Shown: positions 11,453 through 21,439 of the stretch, one piece after another | Layout: each line of letters opens with the position of its first letter | How positions within the stretch are numbered: the stretch's first letter is position 1 | Assembly (NCBI GenBank): GCA_977020255.1 | Contig: CDROCS010006770.1 | Coordinates: 1-64,000 of the forward strand | DNA length: 64,000 nucleotides | Source of the DNA: Obrimoposthia wandeli | Taxonomy: Eukaryota | Direction of reading: 5' to 3' | Program-made: the position numbers and the translations under genes | The notes under the pieces: model-generated | Seen by the model: only the letters and a program-made list of their open reading frames with translations | Databases searched by the model: none | What the model was told of the DNA's origin: nothing

Positions 11453-12227
11453 TTAGTAACTCAACACGCCACCTGTCAGATAGGGAGAAAGTAGTATCTG
11501 CCAGCTTTCGCGAACTTGACCATACTGTTCGCCATTGTTCGCGCGCGATTTTAACGCCGGCTTCCTGCAACAGTGTGATATTCCTAGCGCTGGCAAAAAT
11601 ATGACACAGCGTTGTATAGTAACGCTGCTCATCTAAGCTGTGTTCATCCCAAAAATCTTCAGCCTCAAAGCTGCTGACATCCTCACTTTCTAGTGCAAAT
11701 AAATCCGCCGCACTAATAGCTATTTCGGCTCCCTCATTAAAGCTCTCTAATAGCAGCATGGTTGCAAGGGAGTCAACGGCATCTTCTTCACGTCCCAGAA
11801 CTGGTAACTGATACATTTCAATCAGAAGGTGGCCCATTTCATGTAAAACAGCCCAATTATTGCATCAAGGCATCAGCGAATTCGCTTGTTCCGACACACA
11901 CCACTGACGCCTGGTAATTTATCTTGATCGGCGCCCAACTTGCACCACAAAACTGTAGGGGATATCTATGTAATGCTTATCTGGATTATACAAAGGCCCC
12001 TCTGCTGCACCAAAGCGAATTGTGACAGGATAGAGCAAACGAAAGTTCTCATTGAGCATCTTGACTAAATCTGTCATTAAAATAGAGCGCGCTAGTTTTT
12101 GCTGTACTTTTTTCTCATCGCTGTATGTTGTCGCTATATATTCAACCGCCACCGAGGTTGCCCAAAGATGGCTAGCGTACGAGCTAAAAAAAACGACAAA
12201 AAACAAGGTTATCGATTTGACCTTCAT
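11453..12227 (-). pseudogene. DUF4344-like exported putative metallopeptidase, frameshifted
   Basis: Signal peptide MKVKSITLFF..., HEMGH zinc motif at about 11835-11845, LPVLGREEDAVD and DEHSLDEQRYY. Frame breaks near 11900 and 11570. Confidence 0.72.
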
Positions 12228-12472
12228 TATTAAACCCTCTTTATTCATCGATTCTGCATTAAGGATATAGCGATAAGGTTTTGAGCTACTCATGGTAAAA
12301 CCCCACCATGGATAATATAAATATTACAGCCTTGCATGTAATAACTCATCGCCAAAACACCCGCTTCTTAATACTTTGTTCTTTACACGAAAGCAGCGGT
12401 TTTCATTATCAGCGGCGCTAACAATACAAGAGCGTTTATATCAACCGATTTGGCTTCAGTATACGCGACAGT

Positions 12473-13291
12473 TTACTGTGGTAACGTTTGGCCCTGCTTA
12501 CGCGCTATTTCAATTGCCCTTTCAAACCAAAGACGACTACTTAATACTTTTAACTCTGAGTGCGTTGGTAGTACTCGACTATCTAAAAACGGCGTGATCA
12601 GATGATGCTCAGCACCTACACATAAATCTAACGCTAAACGCTCACCTTGCTCTGCATAATGACCCCGGTGGAGCATTTGCGCATCAAATATCAATAAATC
12701 ACCTGGGGCTAAATCAACATACAGCTCTCCTTTCAGGAAGGCATCGCTAACATAGTTTTGCTGGCTAAAACGCACATCATGTTCATCTGGACTGTCCCAT
12801 CGCTTGTGTGAGCCAGGTACTAAAACAATACCTCGTTCGGTGTTAAGCGGAATCCGTACATGTAAACTCAGCATTTCACCTTGCGCCTGAACTTGTTCCC
12901 CCTCGCTTACTGAGCTAAATTGTAAATCGCGATGCCAATAAGGGCGCTGCTCTTGATCAAAGGGGTTAAAAAAAAGCTGCGTGTTGTGAAAGTATAGATC
13001 ACGTTGAAAAACTTTATCCAATAAATAGCTAAGTCGAAGAGGTAAGCATTGCTCGAAGAATAGCGCCCTCCCTTTAACATTGTGTTCAAAGAAGCTATGA
13101 CTAGTCAAAGAATGCATATTGACTACACCCTTTTCCCGTACCGCTTCTTCATTTTTCATTTTCCATTGCTGGTAAATGTTATCAACTTGCTGAGAAAGTG
13201 CAGTCATACTAGATTCACAGAAGAAGCCATGCACAACAAAAAAGCCGTCTTCTTGGTACCTATGTGCCATCTGTTGAAAATCAAAATCCAT
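12473..13291 (-). CDS. Phytanoyl-CoA dioxygenase (PhyH)-family Fe(II)/2OG oxygenase
   Basis: YWHRDLQF (HxD), VPGSHKRW and DAQMLHRG motifs. Confidence 0.8.
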   Translation of the reverse strand: MDFDFQQMAHRYQEDGFFVVHGFFCESSMTALSQQVDNIYQQWKMKNEEAVREKGVVNMHSLTSHSFFEHNVKGRALFFEQCLPLRLSYLLDKVFQRDLYFHNTQLFFNPFDQEQRPYWHRDLQFSSVSEGEQVQAQGEMLSLHVRIPLNTERGIVLVPGSHKRWDSPDEHDVRFSQQNYVSDAFLKGELYVDLAPGDLLIFDAQMLHRGHYAEQGERLALDLCVGAEHHLITPFLDSRVLPTHSELKVLSSRLWFERAIEIARKQGQTLPQ

Positions 13292-13589
13292 GCAGCTCTC
13301 TTTACCGCTTGTATTGTTTATTTGATATTTAAAAGCTATATCACTGAGTATTAGCTTAACATTTAGCTGAAAAATGAATATTTATCACAGTCATAGGGAA
13401 TCAAGAAATACCTCGCATCAGCAAAAAGCAGCACATAGGCACATATTATTGATGTTTACGGTTAATATAATTAACGTACTAAAGAGAAGGATACTGAGGA
13501 AGATAACATATAGGAGGATCAATCATAGCTGTGACAAACGCTGAGGAATAGAACTTGTCACAGTTTATAAAAGTAGCGAGGCGCTAATT

Positions 13590-13862
13590 CTACTCGGCGT
13601 TCGTTACTTGTTGAGCATCATTTGCATTTGCCTCAATACGGCCCAGCATCTTTTTGATGCGCTCTACCGTTTGCTGCTGTTTGTCTTCTTGTTCAATGCC
13701 TTCGAGCTGGAGCGTTTCATTATCATCTTCTAATTTTTGAAGCTTGCCGCTCAATTGGTCACGCTCTTGACTTAGCTGAGTAACTTGCGTTGTCAGCACC
13801 TCGTTCTTATCAATGAGTTGGTCAATTACTTGCTCGAGATTTAACAGCGCGTGATCTAACAT
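13590..13862 (-). CDS. ZapB-like coiled-coil protein
   Basis: Heptad-rich LEQVIDQLIDKNEVL...ERIKKMLGRIE. The ATG at 13862 is preferred over the ORF-track start. Confidence 0.55.
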   Translation of the reverse strand: MLDHALLNLEQVIDQLIDKNEVLTTQVTQLSQERDQLSGKLQKLEDDNETLQLEGIEQEDKQQQTVERIKKMLGRIEANANDAQQVTNAE

Positions 13863-14294
13863 GGTCGTATTTTTCATCCAGAATTTTAAAAGCGGCATTT
13901 TAGCAAGAAACCATCAAAAAGCGAGTACTTGCCGCCTTTTAAGGGTTATTTGTAGCCACTACTCAATTTATACCCCTGTTATGGTGCAACAGCGGTGCGT
14001 ATATGCGATATTTCTAGTACGGATATAGCTAAGGATTGCGAAAGTGATGTAATCCTTAGGTTAGTGTTTTTAATGTTCTCTAGCTACAGAGCTTTCTTCA
14101 CCGGCCAAATACATTACTTATCTGACCTTAGTGACGCCCTCTTAGGGACCACTGTGCATTGTTAAAGTTCAGGCAGGAGGCATAATTTAAATAGTACAAT
14201 GAACCTTCTTTCTAACATCCTAAATATATACGCCACTTAACCACTATAGCTCTCTAGCCCTAGCGCAAACTTTTGCAGAAGCGATTATTTGGAA

Positions 14295-14906
14295 TTAATT
14301 TAAAAGCCAGAGTGTTTGTAAAGCTTCTACCTTTCCCTTTAACCCTCCAGGAATTAGCGCCTGCTGCAGAGCAGCAATCTTGTAGTATTTTGCATAGTAA
14401 GCTTGTATTGCTGTACCAGTAACACTAAAGGGAGGTCCAGTAAGTTTATCTTGTTGATATTCAAAACTGAGTAACAGCTGGGGTGCATTGGCACATTGAT
14501 GAAGTGCATGGACCTAAAACGCATTGCTTTATAGATTTACCAGAGCCGCTCGGTCATATATAGCGTCGACATTGCCAAGCTGGTTACGGGTCAATGTAAA
14601 AAAATCACCGACAAAAACATCAATATTCTCAGCACTATAATGTAAATAATCATCGATGATTACTCGTTGAGGCTCTGTGTTCAATTCCGCAAATAATGCC
14701 TCTATAGCCATTTCACTGAGTTCCACCGCCACAACTTGGCAACTTTGAAGAGAGCAATCGATATCTTGTGCTTTACGCACAAAGGCACAAAACACGATCA
14801 GAGGGTGCCAATGCCAGGGAGCTCAGCACCATGACCTACATTACCTTGCGCCTACGGAATCCATTATTATTCCTCCTGAGCGCTGATGCCAAAAATTAGC
14901 TTCCAT
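14295..14906 (-). pseudogene. Thiopurine S-methyltransferase (TPMT/Tpm) family, disrupted
   Basis: MEANFWHQR start at 14906. The internal ORF has VAVELSEMAI, VGDFFTL and YDRAALV. The C-terminus GGLKGKVEALQTLWLLN* ends at 14295. Several frame breaks. Confidence 0.8.
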
Positions 14907-14963
14907 TACACTTGCCTCTTTAATTCCGAAATTCCGAGTATTTTATCTTAGTTAGTAGGATAC

Positions 14964-14994
14964 AAGATACAACTTGAAGTACGCTTTAAGTTAA
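14964..14994 (-). promoter_or_regulatory. MerR-type promoter with 19-bp spacer and operator
   Basis: Minus strand reads TTAACT-19 nt-TATCTT. The inverted repeat ACTTGAAG-tacg-CTTTAAGT (14972..14991) lies across the spacer, between the TPMT and MerR genes. Confidence 0.7.
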
Positions 14995-15013
14995 GTATAA
15001 ATAGGTTTAAATT

Positions 15014-15380
15014 ATGGATATTGCAGAAGTGGCCAACCAGAACTCACTACCCCCATAAACTTTACGGTACTATGTAAAACGCGCCTTGATTTACTCTAAC
15101 GAACGTAACGGATTACGCCGTTTATTCCACCACAGCGTTATGCCCGACTAGCTCTAATATCAGTGGCACGCAATACGGGCTTTTCGTTGCAGGAAGCAGG
15201 CCAGATACTCAACACTGGCCAATCCACTCTCGATAGAAAATTACTCAGTGAAAAGAGGCACATTTAGATCATCAAATAAAGTAGCTGAGTAAAATACGCG
15301 ATGGCTTAAACCATGCAGCCAAATGTCCAAAAAAATGCCACTTTGAATGTGCCAAATTTTTGCGTATTCTCAATACCTAG
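15014..15380 (+). pseudogene. MerR-family transcriptional regulator, disrupted (not in the ORF track)
   Basis: Manual translation gives MDIAEVANQNSLPP*TLRYYVKRALIYSNERNGLRRLF ... LDRKLLSEK...IRDGLNHAAKCP..HFECAKFLRIL*, a MerR HTH plus coiled coil with stops and indels. Confidence 0.8.
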
Positions 15381-15485
15381 GGTAAACGTCAAGCAGATAC
15401 ATCTTTCGGGCGAACAAAATAACCACCTATCTATCACTATAGGTAAAAATGAGTTCGTCGTCGTTGCCTCTCTTTAGACAAAACC

Positions 15486-16064
15486 TTGCACACCAATAAT
15501 TATAAAGCCGAGATTCCTGACTATTCTGAGAAATCTCCTCAACATGCTTTTTTAAGCCATATCGAGATCTATGTTCAAGACATCGCTGCAATGGAAACGT
15601 TCTACACGCAATGTTTAGGTTTTGTCGTGACAGACAGAGGAGCGGGCAAAGATGGGATGGTTTTTTTGAGCCGTCACCCAAACGAACACCATCAGATTGT
15701 ACTCAACCCGCAACAAACAGGTCATCACTACTTAAGCCCTATCGATCATATTTCCTTTAGAGTTGAGTCTATTAATGATTTAAGAAACTACTATTGTGCA
15801 CTACTATCAAGCCGGGAGATCAACATACAAACTGTGTCCCACGGTACAACATGGTCAATATATTTTAGAGACCCACAAGGCAACCGATTCGAAATATTTA
15901 CCGATACTCCTTGGCATGTCAATCAACCGTGTAAATTCACCATTAATCTAGCACTAAGCGATGATGAATTGATTCTTTTTACTCAAGCAACAATAGAAAA
16001 CATGCCAGGTTACTCCTCTGCTACGCTTTGGAAAGCCGAGCACCAAAACACATTGACCAAATAA
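15486..16064 (+). CDS. VOC/glyoxalase family protein (CatE-like)
   Basis: LSHIEIYVQD, EHHQIVL, IDHISFRV, HGTTWSIYFRDPQGNRFEI. The start codon (TTG) is uncertain. Confidence 0.8.
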   Translation: MHTNNYKAEIPDYSEKSPQHAFLSHIEIYVQDIAAMETFYTQCLGFVVTDRGAGKDGMVFLSRHPNEHHQIVLNPQQTGHHYLSPIDHISFRVESINDLRNYYCALLSSREINIQTVSHGTTWSIYFRDPQGNRFEIFTDTPWHVNQPCKFTINLALSDDELILFTQATIENMPGYSSATLWKAEHQNTLTK

Positions 16065-16236
16065 CAAAACAGCTCTATTCAGCCTAAGTATCACGGCCTG
16101 AGAGTTAGCAAAATCGTCTCTATTGTTAAGTTAGTCTTGGCCTGCCATTTTGCACCATTATTAAAATTAGAAGTACTAGATGAATACAGAAGATGTGCTT
16201 AGATATCTAACCATGCAGAACACTCTCAGTAATACC

Positions 16237-17429
16237 ATGAAAATCAACACCTCTATTTTTGATGAAATTATTGATCGCAGACACTCTAATTCAATAAAAT
16301 GGGATGGCGGTCATCTCATGCTAACCGCTGAAGAAGCCGCGGCTGACCCACTGCCGATGTGGGTTGCAGATATGGATTTCAAGGCACCACAGCCTGTACT
16401 GGAAGCACTGCATGACGCGGTAAATCACGGTATATTCGGCTATGCAAACGGCGCCAGCAGGCTATATCTCGCTAGTAACACATTGAAAGCACACCCGCTT
16501 TGAGCGCAGTTCCAGATTGATTTCAGCAAGCGCTGGGAGCACATTACCGCATTTCGAACAGCCGGGCCTTTTCATCACCTGGGGACTCAGTCTTAATTCA
16601 ACCGCCTGTTTACGCTCACTTCAATGACGATGTAAAGCTCAACGGTCGCCATGTCACTTATGCCCCGTTGGATTTCGACGGCGAGCATTATCACTTTAAT
16701 GCCAGCAGCTTTGAAGCTGCCATTCTAGACAACACCAAACTCTTCATTCTCAGCAACCCACACAATCCTACTGGCAACATCTGGACAGCTGAAGAACTCC
16801 AGACAATGGGGGACATTTGCCTTAAACACGGAGTGCTGGTGGTTTCAGATGAAATTCATCAGGATCTCGTTCTTAATCCTGAAAAAAGACATTGCCCCTT
16901 CGCCTCTTTGAGTGATGCCTTCGCCCAGAACAGCATTACGTGCACCGCACCGAGTAAAACATTCAATTTAGCCGGATTACAGTGTGCCAATATTTTTATC
17001 GCTAATAAACGTATACGAGACGATTTTAGCCGTCAATACAAACGTAATTTATTCCCTCTCGTCAACTCTTTAGGTCTAGTGGCGGCAGAAGCTGCATATC
17101 GACACGGTGAAACTTGGCTAGAGGAAATGTTAATTTATCTGCGCGCTAATCACGACTATCTGGCTAGTACTATTCACAGTCAAACCACAAAAATTAAAGT
17201 ACTCCCCACCGACTCACTCTATCTAGCTTGGCTAGATTGTCGCGGGCTTGGTATGGATGCAGCAACCCTGGACCACTTTATGCTCACTAAAGCGAGAGTA
17301 TGGCTTGATAAAGGACAAAAATTCGGTCTGCAAGGGCATGGCTTTATGCGGATAAACTTGGGTTGTCCACAATCGACAGTGGTGGAGGCTGTGCGTCGAA
17401 TTACTCAGGCGGTACAATCACTCAGCTAA
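16237..17429 (+). CDS. MalY/PatB PLP-dependent C-S lyase, scrambled between about 16460 and 16620
   Basis: SIKWD and LPMWVADMDFKAP in the 5' ORF. SNPHNPTG, SDEIHQDL and APSKTFNLAG (PLP lysine) in the 3' ORF. Confidence 0.88.
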
Positions 17430-17471
17430 TAGATCAATAAAGTTTGTCGGATAACTAGATGATTAAATAGC

Positions 17472-17591
17472 AGAGATATCCCCAAAGATATCCCTGCTGC
17501 TTTTCAATCACTCATGGAGCCACCCGCTAAATCAATAGCCTGCGGCTCGACTAATCGACTCGCTGGCGGTTAGTCCAGCAATGATATCTCT
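17472..17591. other. Multi-hairpin structured element between convergent genes
   Basis: Outer agagatatc/gatatctct and tgctg/cagca pairs enclose the hairpins gagcc..ggctc (17517-17548) and gactaatcg/cggttagtc (17549-17575). Confidence 0.45.
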
Positions 17592-17630
17592 TTATGACGA
17601 TACTACCTTAACATGCTGATAAGCATACGC

Positions 17631-19268
17631 TTACTTTGCTAAAGCAAACCAACGTAGCTTCTGTGCGTCTTCACTCAGCTGTAGTGGCTGGACATTTGGA
17701 TTAGCCTGTGCAGAACACATAATCTGTTGTGCACTTTTAAGATACTCGCCATAATCATCGCTACTCAATGATGCTGTTAGCGCCGCTGGCTCTACATCGC
17801 TTTCATCGAGCAGAGATGCTAGCGTTAAGGTCGAAGTCGCTTCTCCCGCAATATATTCCCACGTGCCATTACCTTTGTTAAATTGATAATTACTAAGTAA
17901 TCGCCAGCCATGGGTGGCAACTAATTCCAACGCACTCACCAAGTACTCAAAACAAGCTTCATCGATAAAGTAATTGAAATTCAATCGAGTCCAGCCCGGG
18001 CGCAGCACCATATTCCCTTGAGAAATTTGCCCCTCTATCGCTTCACTTTGCAACGTTGTTAACGACAGTAAGTCATGCCCATAAGGCCCTGCACAAGAGC
18101 ATCCACCGCGCGCTTGAATACCAAACAAATCATTGAGCAACGCCACGACAAAGCCGTAATGGAGAACCGAGTCACCTTGTCCTATATTGAAAGACAGTAT
18201 CGATAAGCGAGATAGCTCTGAGCCGCCGAGTATTTCGAAGTTATCCAATTTTTCTAGTCGTTTCATGGCGCGCTGAATATATGACTTTTCAAGCGCTTCA
18301 ATTTTATCGGTACCAATTTTCTGCTGTAATTCAAATACTAGGCCGGCACGAATCGACTCAACTACCCCAGGAGTCCCACCTTCTTCGCGACGCTCTACAT
18401 CATCAATAAAAGTATGACGCTGTGGAGAGACGTAGAGCACAGTACCCCCTCCTGGAACGGCGGGAACTGAATTACTTAAAAACTGCTGATTAACGACTAA
18501 TAGACCAGGTGTTCCCGGCCCACCGATAAACTTGTGTGGTGAAATAAAGACGGCATCCAATTGATCGCGCTGCATATCAATACCCACATAAGGGGCTGCT
18601 GCTGCATAATCCCAGCAAGACATAGCGTTGTACTGCTTAAGCAGGGAAGATATTTTCGCGATATCGGTTTTGATTCCTGTCACATTAGAAGCAGCAGAAA
18701 AACTACCAATCATTAGGGGTCGCTGTGCATATTTTTTTAACTCCGCAGCCAACTGCTCTGCATCGAGCTCGCCTCGCTCTGTTAAACCAATAGTGACTAA
18801 CGTGACGATACTTTCACGCCAGGGCAACTCATTTGAATGATGCTCATAAGGTCCGATAAACACAACAGGGCGCTGCTCTTGATCTATTTGCTGGTCAAAT
18901 TGATAGCGCTTATCCAACTCTGCCGGCAAACGTAGATTGAGCATATCGATCAGCTTATTAATCGCGGCAGTTGCGCCACTACCGGTGAAAATAACCTTAT
19001 GATTCTCATTAGTATGCAGTGCTTTATGAATCGCCGCTCTCGCTTGTTCGCGAAATTGGGTGCTCTGACGGCCACTAAAAGATGTTTCAGAGTGCGTATT
19101 AGCGTAAAAAGGCAACACACGCTGCGCTATCGCTTGCTCAATAAAACTTAGACTGCGCCCAGACGCAGTGTAATCTGCATACACAAGAGGACGTAAGCCA
19201 AAGGGTGTATTAAATAAAGTGCCTTCGCCAATGACTGACTGGCGTATTTTCTCTATGGTTATCGACAT
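17631..19268 (-). CDS. Class V PLP-dependent aminotransferase / cysteine desulfurase-like enzyme
   Basis: YADYTASGR, YANTHSE, EHHSNELPW, WDYAAAAPY, SPHKFIGGPG (PLP lysine) and RGGCSCAGPYGH (conserved Cys). Start placed at MSITIEK. Confidence 0.85.
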   Translation of the reverse strand: MSITIEKIRQSVIGEGTLFNTPFGLRPLVYADYTASGRSLSFIEQAIAQRVLPFYANTHSETSFSGRQSTQFREQARAAIHKALHTNENHKVIFTGSGATAAINKLIDMLNLRLPAELDKRYQFDQQIDQEQRPVVFIGPYEHHSNELPWRESIVTLVTIGLTERGELDAEQLAAELKKYAQRPLMIGSFSAASNVTGIKTDIAKISSLLKQYNAMSCWDYAAAAPYVGIDMQRDQLDAVFISPHKFIGGPGTPGLLVVNQQFLSNSVPAVPGGGTVLYVSPQRHTFIDDVERREEGGTPGVVESIRAGLVFELQQKIGTDKIEALEKSYIQRAMKRLEKLDNFEILGGSELSRLSILSFNIGQGDSVLHYGFVVALLNDLFGIQARGGCSCAGPYGHDLLSLTTLQSEAIEGQISQGNMVLRPGWTRLNFNYFIDEACFEYLVSALELVATHGWRLLSNYQFNKGNGTWEYIAGEATSTLTLASLLDESDVEPAALTASLSSDDYGEYLKSAQQIMCSAQANPNVQPLQLSEDAQKLRWFALAK

Positions 19269-19429
19269 ATTGCACCTTTGTATTATAGGGTTAAGATTAA
19301 TCATATCTTAGCGGCCTTTACTAGAAACATTATCTCTATTTATTACACTATATTAATAAATTTAAGAACGTTTAGCCAATAAGTGATACATTTAGGGAAC
19401 ATTTTTTCAAATAGAGTCAAATATCAACA

Positions 19430-19885
19430 ATGGATCGCTTAGATAAAGAAATACTAGATGCGCTGCAATACGACGATACGCTGTCAGTGGCACAAGTTGC
19501 AGAGAGGGTTTCTATTTCAAAAACAGCTTGCTGGCGGCGTATAAAAAACCTCACCGAGAAAAAGATCATCAAACAACGTGTCGCGATGATAGAACCCGCT
19601 GCGGTTAATTTATCGCTCACAGTATTTATCTCTATTCGCACTAACAAACACAACGATGAATGGGTCTCACAGTTTCGAGAAGTTTTAGAGTCACTGCCAC
19701 AGATATTAGAGGTTTACCGGATGAGTGGAGATTTAGACTATCTACTTAAGGCTGTTGTCAGTGGTATGTCAGATTACGACCAGCTCTACAAGCAGCTAAT
19801 AAAAGCGGATATTTTTGATGTCAGCTCAAGCTTTGTAATGGAAGAACTGAAGTATCGCACTCAGTTACCGTTAGATAAAATTTAG
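19430..19885 (+). CDS. Lrp/AsnC regulator of the DecR (YbaO) subfamily
   Basis: CWRRIK, T.KH..EW, YRMSGDLDYL, YDQLYKQL and SSFVMEELKY.T.LP follow the DecR pattern. Confidence 0.82.
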   Translation: MDRLDKEILDALQYDDTLSVAQVAERVSISKTACWRRIKNLTEKKIIKQRVAMIEPAAVNLSLTVFISIRTNKHNDEWVSQFREVLESLPQILEVYRMSGDLDYLLKAVVSGMSDYDQLYKQLIKADIFDVSSSFVMEELKYRTQLPLDKI

Positions 19886-20134
19886 TTACCAAGCAATAAG
19901 AGCGCAGTAAGCCCCTAGTCATACGCAGTATATTCACGGAGCATCGCACTCGTCCACTGTGAATTCACTGACACTTAAAAATAGTCACTAGAGTGTGGTG
20001 TGGTTTAAGGTGTGTATTTACTATAGCGCCTCGGTGGCGGACGGGCTTAATTGCTATTCCTAAACTGATCTTCGGCCTGCTCTTAGATACGGAGCCATCG
20101 CTTTTTCAAGACAAAGTCGCAGCTAAAATTACGA

Positions 20135-20162
20135 TAACCCACCAGAAAAAGTAGGTGGGTTA
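20135..20162. terminator. Hairpin between the convergent lrp and apbC genes
   Basis: 9-bp perfect stem taacccacc / ggtgggtta. Confidence 0.45.
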
Positions 20163-20312
20163 CTATATTGGGACTCCAACATACCAACTGTACTTGATAA
20201 TACGCTGTTAAAATCGGCTAAAAGCTCATTTATAACCAAAAACTCCGCTGTTTCGCCGATTTTTAATTGCCCTCGCTACGCTATACAGAGATTTCAATTT
20301 AATCTGAATAAT

Positions 20313-21392
20313 TTAATCGTCGTCAATACTTAAGATAGGCCCAGAACCCGTGCGGCTATTTAATTGGTGCAAACGCGCACCGACACGACGAGCAATATCA
20401 CGGTAATTAAGCGCCACTGGACTGTCAGGAGCGAAGGCAACAGAGGGTAAGCCACTATCAGCGTGTTGGCGAATCTCACCATCGAGCGCCAGCGCGCCTA
20501 GAAGCTCACTCTGATATTCTTTTGCTATACGCTCCCCTCCACCACTGCCAAAGATGTGATCTTGATGCCCACAATTAGAGCAAATATGAATACTCATGTT
20601 TTCAATGACACCCAACACTGGAATATCTACTTTGCGAAACATTTCAATACCACGCTTGGCATCTAATAGCGCGATATCTTGCGGTGTTGTCACCACGACT
20701 GCCGCTGTCATCGGTACTTTTTGTGACAGCGTTAGTTGGATATCACCGGTTCCCGGCGGCATATCAATCAACAGGTAGTCCAACTCTGGCCACTGTGTCT
20801 GATTAACCATTTGCGCGATAGCACCACTAGCCATAGGGCCACGCCAAACCATCGGCGTTGTCTCATCTATCATGTAGGCAATAGACATTGATTCGATACC
20901 CAAAGCATTGATCGGTAACATGTCATCTTTACCTACTGGCTTGGGATGAGTACCAGGTTTTACGCCTAACATCATACCTTGGCTAGGACCGTAAATATCA
21001 GCATCTAAAATACCGACCCTCGCACCTTCCGCTTGCAGGGCAAGTGCCAGGTTGACACAGGTTGTCGACTTACCAACACCTCCTTTACCAGAGGAGATAC
21101 CCACTATATTTTTGACCTTAGCCAAACTTGGCAAACTTAATTTTTTCTCACTGGGTATTATATAATGCGTCACCGTTATAGAGACTTTCTTTGCCCCTGC
21201 GCGTTTCAATTGATCAGTCAGATCATCTACCAGCGTCGCCCCGGCATTCGCGAAGGGATACACTAAAGAAAGCGAAACCTCACCATCAGCCTCTTGGTAG
21301 TCACTGATAATATCAGCGTCTGCCAAGCTTGAATTCAAGTAAGGATCTTGATAGTTACGTACCAGTGTTGCCAGTTCACTCTGTGTTTTCAT
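20313..21392 (-). CDS. apbC: Mrp/ApbC iron-sulfur cluster carrier ATPase
   Basis: SGKGGVGKST, DADIYGPS, VWRGPM, DMPPGTGD and CSNC motifs. Confidence 0.93.
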   Translation of the reverse strand: MKTQSELATLVRNYQDPYLNSSLADADIISDYQEADGEVSLSLVYPFANAGATLVDDLTDQLKRAGAKKVSITVTHYIIPSEKKLSLPSLAKVKNIVGISSGKGGVGKSTTCVNLALALQAEGARVGILDADIYGPSQGMMLGVKPGTHPKPVGKDDMLPINALGIESMSIAYMIDETTPMVWRGPMASGAIAQMVNQTQWPELDYLLIDMPPGTGDIQLTLSQKVPMTAAVVVTTPQDIALLDAKRGIEMFRKVDIPVLGVIENMSIHICSNCGHQDHIFGSGGGERIAKEYQSELLGALALDGEIRQHADSGLPSVAFAPDSPVALNYRDIARRVGARLHQLNSRTGSGPILSIDDD

Positions 21393-21439
21393 TATGTTAT
21401 CTCTCTAATTCTTTAGAAGCTGTATGGCTTATCGCTCAT

